Below, piece after piece: positions 9,599 to 17,734 of a DNA stretch of 42,486 nucleotides. The DNA lies in contig CALLNA010000284.1 in assembly GCA_938005655.1 (NCBI GenBank), forward strand, positions 1-42,486, written 5' to 3'. The position numbers and the translations under genes are program-made. This DNA comes from an uncultured Novosphingobium sp. Its GTDB lineage: Bacteria; Pseudomonadota; Alphaproteobacteria; Sphingomonadales; Sphingomonadaceae. Under the pieces are notes generated by a model that ran no database searches, was not told where the DNA came from, and saw only the letters and a program-made list of their open reading frames with translations. Each line of letters starts with the position of its first letter. Position 1 is the stretch's first letter.

Positions 9599-10284
9599 TC
9601 CGCCCCCTCCTCCAGCCGATAGCCATAGCCGTAGATCGTGGTGAGCCTGAACCCGTTCGCCGGCTCGAGCCGGAGCTTCGCCCGGATGCGCGAGACGTGG
9701 CTGTCGAGCGTGCGCGTCGAGACCTCGGGATCGATCCCCCAGACCGTCTCCAGAACATAGGCGCGCGACAGGGCGCAGTTCAGGTTCCGGAAGATCAGCA
9801 GGCTCAGGTTGAATTCCTTCTGGGTGAGGACGATCTCCTCGTCGCCGATCGTCACGGTACGGCCGGCGCTCTGGAAGACGTAGCGCCCGAAGCACTCGTT
9901 GCGCTTGCCCGGCACGCCGACCGAGCGCCGCAGCAGGGCCTCGACCCGGGCGAGGAGCACGGCGGGCCGGAACGGCTTGGTCACGAAATCGTCGGCCCCC
10001 GCCCGCAGGCCCGCCACGATGTCCTCGTCGGCGGCGCGATTGGTCAGCAGCAGCACGGGAACCCGGCTGCCGATGCCGTTGCGGATCCATTCGAGCACCT
10101 GGAGCCCGGACAGGTCGGGCACCTGCCAGTCGAGCACGAACAGGTCGAAGTGCTCCCGGTGCAGGGATCGCGTCAGGTCGCGGCCGCTGGTGAAGCTGAC
10201 GCTGTCGAACCCCGCGTCCCCGATCAGCCGTTCGACCGTTTCCAACACGGCGACATCGTCGTCCAAAAGCGCGATGCGCGTCAT
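9595..10284 (-). CDS. OmpR/PhoB-family response regulator
   Basis: REC motifs LLDDD, VLDWQVP, GADDFVTKPF; winged helix LTQKEF...TRTLDSHVSRIRAKL...TIYGYGYRL. Confidence 0.95.
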   Translation of the reverse strand: MTRIALLDDDVAVLETVERLIGDAGFDSVSFTSGRDLTRSLHREHFDLFVLDWQVPDLSGLQVLEWIRNGIGSRVPVLLLTNRAADEDIVAGLRAGADDFVTKPFRPAVLLARVEALLRRSVGVPGKRNECFGRYVFQSAGRTVTIGDEEIVLTQKEFNLSLLIFRNLNCALSRAYVLETVWGIDPEVSTRTLDSHVSRIRAKLRLEPANGFRLTTIYGYGYRLEEGAE

Positions 10285-10375
10285 CAGATAATGACTCCCG
10301 GCAAGCCGCCCCATGCACTTGTGCGCTGCCTCGACAGCGCCCCTTAGCAAGTTTCCGCCGATTCCCGAGCGCGCA

Positions 10376-10401
10376 TTTGCATGATTTTACAATTGTTCAC
10401 A
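10376..10401. promoter_or_regulatory. Putative OmpR-family tandem binding site (three direct repeats at 10-bp period)
   Basis: TTTGCA (10376), TTTACA (10386), TTCACA (10396) in the AT-rich spacer between the regulator and the divergent small ORF. Confidence 0.45.
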
Positions 10402-10500
10402 TCTCCTCCCGCCCGCTTCGTGCGATGATGCGGCATCGCCGGCGGACGGAACGCCGCCTTGCCGGAAAGCACGCGCGAAGCAGGGACAGGGAACGACGCC

Positions 10501-10704
10501 ATGGGCGAAAGTCGAGGAAGCGGTCCGCTGACCACCCCGGAGACGGCCGGCCTCGGCGACATCCGCACGGCCATAACCCACCTCAAATGCGCGCTGACGG
10601 CGCTCGACCGCACCGACGCCCAGATCGCCGCCATCTACGCCGAAATGGCCCTCAGCCTGTGCATCGACGAAATGCACCGGACCGACATCACCCACGCGGG
10701 ATGA
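10501..10704 (+). CDS. Small hypothetical helical protein (67 aa)
   Basis: ATG 10501 with purine-rich GGGAAC upstream; host codon usage; amphipathic helices. Confidence 0.55.
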   Translation: MGESRGSGPLTTPETAGLGDIRTAITHLKCALTALDRTDAQIAAIYAEMALSLCIDEMHRTDITHAG

Positions 10705-10744
10705 CCTGACCGCGACAGGCAAGTGTCCGTGCCGTGAGACGCGC

Positions 10745-11374
10745 TCAGCGGGCGTTCAGGGCGGAGATCATGTCCCCGGCCTTGCGCGCCACCTCGGCCG
10801 GCGCGTCGCCGGGGCGGAACAGGCTTCCGCCGACGGCGACGCCTTGTGCGCCGGCTGCGAACCAGTCGGCCAGGTTGGCCGTGGAGACGCCGCCGACCGC
10901 CCAGATGCCGACCTCGCGCGGCAGGACCTCGCCGATGGCCTTGAGGTGCTGCGGGCCGAGCGAGCCGGCGGGGAACAGCTTCAGCCGGCGGGCCCCCGCG
11001 CCGATCGCGGCGAAGGCTTCGCTCGGGGTCATGAAGCCCGGCATCACCTCCAGGCCCAGCGCGACGCCGCGCGCGATCACGTCGGGGGCAGTGTTGGGCG
11101 TGACCATCAGGCGCGCGCCGAGGGCGGCGAGGCGCTCGACGGAGGGGATGTCGAGCACGGTGCCGGCGCCGATCGCGGCAATGTTACCGAACTCGGCCTG
11201 GATCGCGGCGATGCTCTCGAAAGGATCGGGCGAGTTCAGTGGGACCTCGATCATGCGGACCCCGGCCTCGACCAGGGCCGCGGCGATTTCCACCGCTTCG
11301 CCGGGGACCAGGCCGCGCAGGATGGCGACCAGCGGCGGGGCGCCCTCGGCAAGGAGGCGGTCAATCGTCGGCAT
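10745..11374 (-). CDS. dgoA: 2-dehydro-3-deoxy-6-phosphogalactonate aldolase
   Basis: LVAILRG, IEVPLNSP, IGAGTV, LKLFPA, AVGGV; adjacent to dgoK. Confidence 0.92.
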   Translation of the reverse strand: MPTIDRLLAEGAPPLVAILRGLVPGEAVEIAAALVEAGVRMIEVPLNSPDPFESIAAIQAEFGNIAAIGAGTVLDIPSVERLAALGARLMVTPNTAPDVIARGVALGLEVMPGFMTPSEAFAAIGAGARRLKLFPAGSLGPQHLKAIGEVLPREVGIWAVGGVSTANLADWFAAGAQGVAVGGSLFRPGDAPAEVARKAGDMISALNAR

Positions 11375-12245
11375 CGAGTTCTCCCAGTCCGGCCAGGACG
11401 CAAGCGTCGCCGTCGAGCCGCAGCGGCGCGGCCGGGGCGTCGATAGCGCGGGCATAGCGAGCGGTTAGCGCCGCATCGCCGATCAGCGTGATGTCCAGCC
11501 CTGGCAACCCGGCCTGCCGGGCCTCGGCCAGCTCGCTGCCGATCAGCAGGCCGGAGAGGAACTCGCGCGCCCAGGCGTCGCCGCAGCCGTCGCGGAGCTG
11601 GCGCGAGCGGGCTTCGAACAGCGCGCCGACCGGGCCGCCCTGCCCGGCGCGTTCAAGGCCGGCGGCGAAGCCCCCCCCGGCGTCGCCGCCCTCCGCGCGG
11701 GCGGCGAGCAGGCTCGAGCCTTGCAGCAGGGCGTAGAGTTCCCCCGTCAGGAAGGTGCGGAAGCCGGTAATCGCCCCGTCGCGCACCGTGGCCCATTTGC
11801 TGTGGGTGCCGGGGAGGACAAAGGTCCGCGCTCCCGCGCCCAGCTCGGGGCGGAGGCGCAGGGCGCCGTAGATCTGCGCTTCCTCGCCGCGCATCACGTC
11901 CGGCCGCCCTTGCGCGTCGCGGCAGGCGAGGCCGGCGCCGAGGCGCAGCGCGGCGCCGTGCCATTCCGCCGCGAGGGCCGCGCGGCGCCACTGGCGCGCG
12001 GCGGCGGGGCAATCGGCATAGGGCGCCTCGCGCAGGCCGTTGCGCGCGCCGGCCATGCCGCAGAGCGTGATCCGCTCCAGCCGGCCTGCCGCGAGCCAGG
12101 GCGCGAGAGCTTCGCGCAGCGCCTCGTCCGGGGTCGCGCGCAGTTGCCCGATGCCCGGCCCGGTCAGCCGGTCCAGCGGCGCGCCGGTCCCCTCCACGCG
12201 CCACAGGCGCAGGCGGGTCGTGCCCCAGTCGCCGAAGACCCGCAT
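11361..12245 (-). CDS. dgoK: 2-dehydro-3-deoxygalactonokinase
   Basis: DWGTTRLR, CGMAGARNG, DVMRGEE, LPGTHSKW, TFLTGEL, LSGLLIGSE. Confidence 0.93.
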   Translation of the reverse strand: MRVFGDWGTTRLRLWRVEGTGAPLDRLTGPGIGQLRATPDEALREALAPWLAAGRLERITLCGMAGARNGLREAPYADCPAAARQWRRAALAAEWHGAALRLGAGLACRDAQGRPDVMRGEEAQIYGALRLRPELGAGARTFVLPGTHSKWATVRDGAITGFRTFLTGELYALLQGSSLLAARAEGGDAGGGFAAGLERAGQGGPVGALFEARSRQLRDGCGDAWAREFLSGLLIGSELAEARQAGLPGLDITLIGDAALTARYARAIDAPAAPLRLDGDACVLAGLGELDADD

Positions 12246-12249
12246 GGGC

Positions 12250-13122
12250 CTAGGCCAGCCGCACGGCGGGCAGGACGCGGCCCGGCGCGGGCGCGGTGAA
12301 GGCGAACAGGCCGCCGGCCGCCGGCTGGCGCGCCAGCGCGGCCTCGTCCAGCCCGACCCGGGCCGAGGTGACATAGGCGGTGCGCAGGTCCGGCCCGCCG
12401 AAGGCGAGCTTGGTCGGCCGGGCGCAGGGCATGGCGACCTGGAGCAGCAGGGTTCCGTCGGGGGCATAGCGGCGCACGGCCCAGCCGTCCCACAGGGCAA
12501 CCCACAGGCAGTCCTCGCTGTCGACCACCACACCGTCGGGATAGCCCTCGTCCTCGGTCAGCCGGACGAAGACCTCGCCCTCGGCGGCGAGCGCGCCGTC
12601 CTCCAGCGCGATGCGCCAGATCGTCCGCCGGCCGGAATCGACATGGTAGAGCGTGCGGCCGTCACAGCCGAGCGCCGGGCCGTTGGTCACGACCGCCCGC
12701 CAGCCGCTGGCGCGGACCTCGCCCCGGTCGAGGCAATGCAGGGCGCCGGTCGGCTGCTCCTCGGCATCGTCCATCGTCCCGAACCACAGCCGCCCGGCAT
12801 CATCGACCGTGGCGTCGTTGGTGCGGTTATGCGGCGGCATGGCCAGCGTGGCGAGAGGCCGGCCGAGCGCCTGCCCGTCGCCGTGGAACAGCCCGCCATC
12901 CGAGCCGACCACGAAGCCGCCGCCCGCCGCGGGCAGGATGAAGCTGGGCTGGCCGCCGACCTCGCGGGTCTCCCGCGCGCCGCTGGCGGGATCGAAGCGG
13001 TGGAGCCGGCCGCGCTTGATGTCGACGAAGCGCAGCGCCGCCTCCCCCGCGCACCACACCGGGCCTTCGCCCAGCATGGCGCCCAGGTCCCAGACGAGAT
13101 CCGGCTCGGGACGCGGGCTCAA
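12250..13122 (-). CDS. SMP-30/gluconolactonase family aldonolactonase
   Basis: LGEGPVW, RTNDA, WFGTMD, NGPA, GYPDGVVVDSEDCLWVALW, FGGPDL; probable TTG start overlapping the upstream stop (TTGA). Confidence 0.9.
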   Translation of the reverse strand: MSPRPEPDLVWDLGAMLGEGPVWCAGEAALRFVDIKRGRLHRFDPASGARETREVGGQPSFILPAAGGGFVVGSDGGLFHGDGQALGRPLATLAMPPHNRTNDATVDDAGRLWFGTMDDAEEQPTGALHCLDRGEVRASGWRAVVTNGPALGCDGRTLYHVDSGRRTIWRIALEDGALAAEGEVFVRLTEDEGYPDGVVVDSEDCLWVALWDGWAVRRYAPDGTLLLQVAMPCARPTKLAFGGPDLRTAYVTSARVGLDEAALARQPAAGGLFAFTAPAPGRVLPAVRLA

Positions 13123-14261
13123 GGCCGGCAGGCTTCGCCGCTCGCCGCCCAGGCGACCGCCTGCTCCAGCATCTGGACATAGACCGCGTCGCCATAGCGC
13201 TCGGGCCGATGGCCGATAGCCGAGTAGAACATCCGGCCCTTGTGTGCGCCGCTGCCGATGCAGCGGCTCCAGGCGATCGGGTGGTCGCCCATGCGCAGGC
13301 TCATCCCGGCCATGCCCTCGGGCTTGTAGGTGCTCTCGTCCAGCGTGGCGATGATCCGCGAGCCCGTGGCGCGGGGGTTGTTCTTGAACGAGTACCACTC
13401 GTCGTTGGCCTCCCACTCGGCGGGCAGGCCGCGGGAGACGGGATGGGCGGCGTCGTCCAGCTTGATCCGCGCGGTCTGGAACTGCGGGTTCATCGGGTGG
13501 GCGAGGAACCGCGCGCCGAGCAGCTCGTCGACGTACCAGTCCCAGAAATAGACCGGATCGCCCGCCGTGCCGTGGACGCCGACGAAGCCGCCGCCGTTCT
13601 CCATCCAGGCCTGGAAGGCGCGGCGCTGGCTGAGGGTGAGGACGTCGCCGCTGATGTTGTTCCAGATCACCGCGTCGAACCGGCGCAGGATCGCGGGGGT
13701 GAAGGCGCTGCCCTTGTCGGTCGTCACCAGGGCCCAGCCCTTGCGCTTCGCCATGGCGACGAAGGCGGCGTGGGCGGCATCGACCGAGGGGCCATCGCGG
13801 AAGCCGTTGATCTTCTCGAACAGCAGCACGCGCGGGCGGCCCTGCGGCAGGGTGAAGCGGGGCGGCACCACGTCGTAGCGCGCGCAGCGGGCCACCTTGT
13901 CGGCCCGCGTCACGGGAATCGCGGCCAGCTCGCGGTCGAGCGCGGCGAGGTCCGGCTGCTGCATGCGGAGGAAGCCGGCGGCCTCCTTGAGGCTGAGGAT
14001 CGCGGCGAAGCTCGGCGGGGTCGTGCCCATGAATTGGGCCGGCAGGCGGGTGCCGACGCCGGGCAGCGCCTTGTCCGCCACCGCCTTGGCCCGCGGGTTG
14101 AGCAGGATGTCGATCAGCGGCGAGGCCGTGGAATAGGGCGCGTCGCGCAGCGGGCAGTCGACCAGCGGAGCGGCGGCGGCGCTGGCGGCATGGGCCACGG
14201 CCGGGCCGGCGGCGGCGAGCAGGCAGGCCGCGCCGAGCAGGGTCTTGAGGATATGCTTCAT
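13119..14261 (-). CDS. Exported ThuA-like domain protein with an extra N-terminal helical domain
   Basis: Signal peptide; ThuA-like motifs FDAVIWNN, GGGFVGVHG, LGARFLAHP, DEWYSF, DHPIAW, RMFYSAIGH. Confidence 0.85.
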   Translation of the reverse strand: MKHILKTLLGAACLLAAAGPAVAHAASAAAAPLVDCPLRDAPYSTASPLIDILLNPRAKAVADKALPGVGTRLPAQFMGTTPPSFAAILSLKEAAGFLRMQQPDLAALDRELAAIPVTRADKVARCARYDVVPPRFTLPQGRPRVLLFEKINGFRDGPSVDAAHAAFVAMAKRKGWALVTTDKGSAFTPAILRRFDAVIWNNISGDVLTLSQRRAFQAWMENGGGFVGVHGTAGDPVYFWDWYVDELLGARFLAHPMNPQFQTARIKLDDAAHPVSRGLPAEWEANDEWYSFKNNPRATGSRIIATLDESTYKPEGMAGMSLRMGDHPIAWSRCIGSGAHKGRMFYSAIGHRPERYGDAVYVQMLEQAVAWAASGEACRP

Positions 14262-15571
14262 GCCAGGTTCTCCGAAGGCAGGGCGGCGGTGGGCTTGCTG
14301 CCCCACAGCGCGTAGAAGATGATGTAGACCTCGCAGGCGACGGTCAGCCAGAACGAGTTCTGGAGGCCCACGGTATCGGCCAGCCAGCCCTGCACGACGA
14401 CCAGCGCGCCGCCCGCGATCGCCATGATCAGCAGGCCCGAGCCCTCCTCGGTCAGCGGGCCGAGGCCCTTGATGCCGAGCGCGAAGATCGTCGGGAACAT
14501 GATCGAGTGGCCGAGCCCGACCAGGATCAGCGCCCACATCCCCAGCGGGCCGTGGAGGGTCGCGGCGGCGATCATCACGACCATGGCGAAAAGGGCGAAG
14601 ACGGCCAGGGTCCTGTCGGCGGGAACCTTGCGCATGATGAAGGCCCCGGCGAAGCGGCCGACCATCATCCCGCCCCAGAAGAGCACGAGGTAGTTCGCCG
14701 CCTGGGCGTGGGTCATGTTGCCGATCTCGGGCTGCGAGACGAAGTTGATGAACAGGTTGGCGACGCCGATCTCGGCGATCAGGTAGATGAAGATCGCGAC
14801 GACCCCGAACACCAGGTTGCGGTGCTTCCACAGCGAGAGGTGCTTGCGCTCCGCGGCGGCGGCGCGGCGGGTCTCCTCGCCCAGGGTCGGGAGCTTGGCG
14901 CGGGCGATCACGAAGGCGATCACCACCAGCACGACCGCGACCAGCACGTAGGGAAGCTGCGTCGCCTGGGCATCGGCCATGCGCTGCTCCAGACTGACCG
15001 CCGTGCCCTCCAGCGTCGTGCCCGAGACCGTCCGGCTGAGGATCAGGTAGCCGCCGAAGTAAGGCGCGAAGAAGGTGCCCATCGAGTTGAACGCCTGGAC
15101 CAGGGTCAGGCGGCTCTCCGAGGTCTCCGGCGGGCCGATCACCGCGACGTAGGGATTGGCCGCGACCTGGAGCAGGGCGATGCCGCAGGCGACCACGAAC
15201 AGGGCGACCAGCGTCACCTCATAGGACGGTATCCGCGCCGCCGGGACCATGCCCAGCGCGCCGACCGCCATGATCGACAGGCCGATGACGATCGCCTTCT
15301 TGTAGCCGACCCGCTCGATCAGGAAGGCGGACGGCACCGAGGCGACGCCATAGGCGATGAACCACACGCTCTCGATCAGGGCGGTCTGGGTGTAGTTCAG
15401 CTCGAACACGCTCCTGAGGTGCGGCAGCAGCGTATTGTTGATGACCGTGATGAAGCCCCACATGAAGAACAGGGTGGCCAGCAGGGCCAGCGACTTGCCG
15501 TAGCCGCCGGAACCCGCGCTGGGCTGGCCGGCGGCGGCACCGGGACGGGCCGTGGGTGGGGCTGCGGGCAT
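14258..15571 (-). CDS. Sugar MFS transporter, FucP/GluP family
   Basis: [44 protein letters not shown]; about 12 TMs; GAGAGG RBS. Confidence 0.92.
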   Translation of the reverse strand: MPAAPPTARPGAAAGQPSAGSGGYGKSLALLATLFFMWGFITVINNTLLPHLRSVFELNYTQTALIESVWFIAYGVASVPSAFLIERVGYKKAIVIGLSIMAVGALGMVPAARIPSYEVTLVALFVVACGIALLQVAANPYVAVIGPPETSESRLTLVQAFNSMGTFFAPYFGGYLILSRTVSGTTLEGTAVSLEQRMADAQATQLPYVLVAVVLVVIAFVIARAKLPTLGEETRRAAAAERKHLSLWKHRNLVFGVVAIFIYLIAEIGVANLFINFVSQPEIGNMTHAQAANYLVLFWGGMMVGRFAGAFIMRKVPADRTLAVFALFAMVVMIAAATLHGPLGMWALILVGLGHSIMFPTIFALGIKGLGPLTEEGSGLLIMAIAGGALVVVQGWLADTVGLQNSFWLTVACEVYIIFYALWGSKPTAALPSENLA

Positions 15572-15590
15572 CGGGCATCCTCTCGTCGGG

Positions 15591-15636
15591 TTGATCTTGT
15601 TCTTGTATGAGTATATCCGGCATCCCATGCCGTCAA
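15591..15636. promoter_or_regulatory. Overlapping divergent promoters with a putative GntR/FadR operator (TTGTATGAGTA, 15603-15613)
   Basis: 55-bp divergent spacer; minus-strand TTGACG-N15-TATACT; plus-strand TTGATC...TATATC; TTGTATGA-type box; FadR gene in the locus. Confidence 0.5.
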
Positions 15637-17429
15637 CTCCGCTCACGCCCCGCAAGCTGCGCTCAGCCGCCTGGTTCGACAACCCCGCAAACGTCGACAT
15701 GACCGCGCTCTACCTGGAGCGCTACCTGAACTTCGGCCTGTCGTTCGAGGAGCTGCGCTCGGGCCGCCCGATCATCGGCATCGCCCAGACCGGCAGCGAC
15801 CTTTCGCCCTGCAACCGGCACCACCTGGTCCTGGCCGAGCGGGTCCGCGAGGGCATCCGCGAGGCGGGCGGAATCGCCATCGAGTTCCCGGTCCACCCGA
15901 TCCAGGAAACCGGCAAGCGTCCGACCGCCGGCCTCGACCGCAACCTCGCCTATCTCGGCCTGGTCGAGGTGCTCTACGGCTATCCGCTCGACGGGGTGGT
16001 CCTGACCATCGGCTGCGACAAGACCACGCCGGCCTGCCTGATGGCGGCAGCGACGGTGAACATCCCGGCCATCGCCCTCTCGGTCGGCCCGATGCTCAAC
16101 GGCTGGCACAAGGGCGAGCGGACCGGCTCGGGCACGATCGTCTGGAAGGCGCGCGAGCTGCTGAGCAAGGGCGAGATCGACGCCGACGGCTTCATCAAGC
16201 TCGTCGCGTCCTCCGCGCCGTCCACCGGCTACTGCAACACCATGGGCACGGCGACGACGATGAACAGCCTGACCGAGGCGCTGGGCATGTCGCTGCCCGG
16301 CTCGGCGGCGATCCCCGCCCCCTACCGCGACCGGCAGGAGAACGCCTATCGCACCGGCAAGCGCGTGGTCGAGATGGTCGCCGAGGACCTCAAGCCGTCC
16401 GACATCCTGACCCGCGAGGCCTTCCGCAACGCCATCGTCGTCAACTCGGCGATCGGCGGATCGACCAATGCGCCGATCCACCTCGCCGCCCTCGCCCGCC
16501 ACGTCGGCGTCGACCTGCCGCTGCGCGACTGGCAGGAGCACGGCCACAAGGTGCCGCTGCTGGTCAATCTCCAGCCGGCCGGCGAATACCTCGGCGAGGA
16601 CTACTACCGCGCGGGCGGCGTGCCCGCCGTGGTCAGCGAGCTGATCGGGGCCGGGCTGATCCACGAGCAGGCCCCGACCGTCAACGGCTGCACCCTCGGC
16701 GACAACTGCCGCGACGCGATAATCGAGGACGAGAAGGTCATCCGTCCCTTCGCCCGGCCGCTGGTCGCCGATGCCGGCTTCGTCGTCCTCTCGGGCAACC
16801 TGTTCGACAGCGCGATCATGAAGACCAGCGTGATCTCGCCCGAGTTCCGGGCCCGCTACCTGTCGAATCCCGCCGATCCCGAGGCCTTCGAAGGGCCGGT
16901 CGTGGTCTTCGACGGGCCGGAGGACTACCACGCGCGGATCGACGATCCGGCGCTCGGCATCGACGCCAATACCCTGCTGGTCATGCGCGGGGTCGGACCG
17001 ATCGGCTATCCCGGCGCGGCCGAGGTCGTGAACATGCGCGCGCCGGCCTACCTGCTGCGCGAGGGCGTCGCCAACCTGCCGTGCATCGGCGACGGGCGGC
17101 AGTCGGGCACCTCGGGCAGCCCCTCGATCCTCAACGCCTCGCCCGAGGCGGCGGCGGGCGGCGGCCTCGCCCTGCTGCGGACCGGCGACCGGGTGCGGAT
17201 CGACCTCGGGCTCGGCACCGCCGACGTGCTCGTGCCCGAGGCCGAGCTGGCCGCGCGCCGCGCCGCGCTGGAGGCGGCGGGGGGCTATGCCTATCCCGCC
17301 TCGCAGACCCCGTGGCAAGCGATCCAGCGCTCGCTCGTCGGCCAGATGGAGAGCGGCGCGATCCTCGAAGGCGCCGAGCAGTTCCAGCGCATCGCCCAGA
17401 CCCGCGGCCTGCCTCGCGACAATCACTGA
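15627..17429 (+). CDS. IlvD/Edd-family sugar-acid dehydratase (galactonate/arabinonate dehydratase-like)
   Basis: [20 protein letters not shown]-terminus typical of the XylD-like branch; [28 protein letters not shown]. Confidence 0.92.
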   Translation: MPSTPLTPRKLRSAAWFDNPANVDMTALYLERYLNFGLSFEELRSGRPIIGIAQTGSDLSPCNRHHLVLAERVREGIREAGGIAIEFPVHPIQETGKRPTAGLDRNLAYLGLVEVLYGYPLDGVVLTIGCDKTTPACLMAAATVNIPAIALSVGPMLNGWHKGERTGSGTIVWKARELLSKGEIDADGFIKLVASSAPSTGYCNTMGTATTMNSLTEALGMSLPGSAAIPAPYRDRQENAYRTGKRVVEMVAEDLKPSDILTREAFRNAIVVNSAIGGSTNAPIHLAALARHVGVDLPLRDWQEHGHKVPLLVNLQPAGEYLGEDYYRAGGVPAVVSELIGAGLIHEQAPTVNGCTLGDNCRDAIIEDEKVIRPFARPLVADAGFVVLSGNLFDSAIMKTSVISPEFRARYLSNPADPEAFEGPVVVFDGPEDYHARIDDPALGIDANTLLVMRGVGPIGYPGAAEVVNMRAPAYLLREGVANLPCIGDGRQSGTSGSPSILNASPEAAAGGGLALLRTGDRVRIDLGLGTADVLVPEAELAARRAALEAAGGYAYPASQTPWQAIQRSLVGQMESGAILEGAEQFQRIAQTRGLPRDNH

Positions 17430-17446
17430 CCGGAAAGACGACGACG

Positions 17447-17734
17447 ATGGACGCTCCGCTTTATCCCCCCGCCGCCCGCTTCGTGCAGCCGGTGCGGGTC
17501 GCCTATACGATCAGCACCAGCAACACGCCGATCGCCGAGCTGATGAAGATTCCCGCCGCCTGGGCGATCGTCGTCAAGGAGGTGCCGAACATCGAGGCGC
17601 GGCTGAGCGTGCCGATGCTGAAACCCCACCTCGGCAACTTCTCGCTGCGCTCGCTGGTCCAGTTCGGCTTCAGCACGGCCGAGCAGCTCGACCGCGTCGA
17701 CGCCCAGCTCAAGGCCCTGGGAGACGTGAAATGA
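17447..17734 (+). CDS. Small hypothetical protein (95 aa), stand-alone helical domain
   Basis: ATG 17447; stop overlaps the GH2 start (ATGA); resembles the N-terminal extra domain of the ThuA protein. Confidence 0.75.
   Translation: MDAPLYPPAARFVQPVRVAYTISTSNTPIAELMKIPAAWAIVVKEVPNIEARLSVPMLKPHLGNFSLRSLVQFGFSTAEQLDRVDAQLKALGDVK

Noticed and set aside
15627-17429. Calling the dehydratase ilvD (branched-chain amino acid synthesis)
   Set aside because: Its N-terminal signature and catabolic context point to the sugar-acid dehydratase branch; substrate unresolved, so no symbol is given
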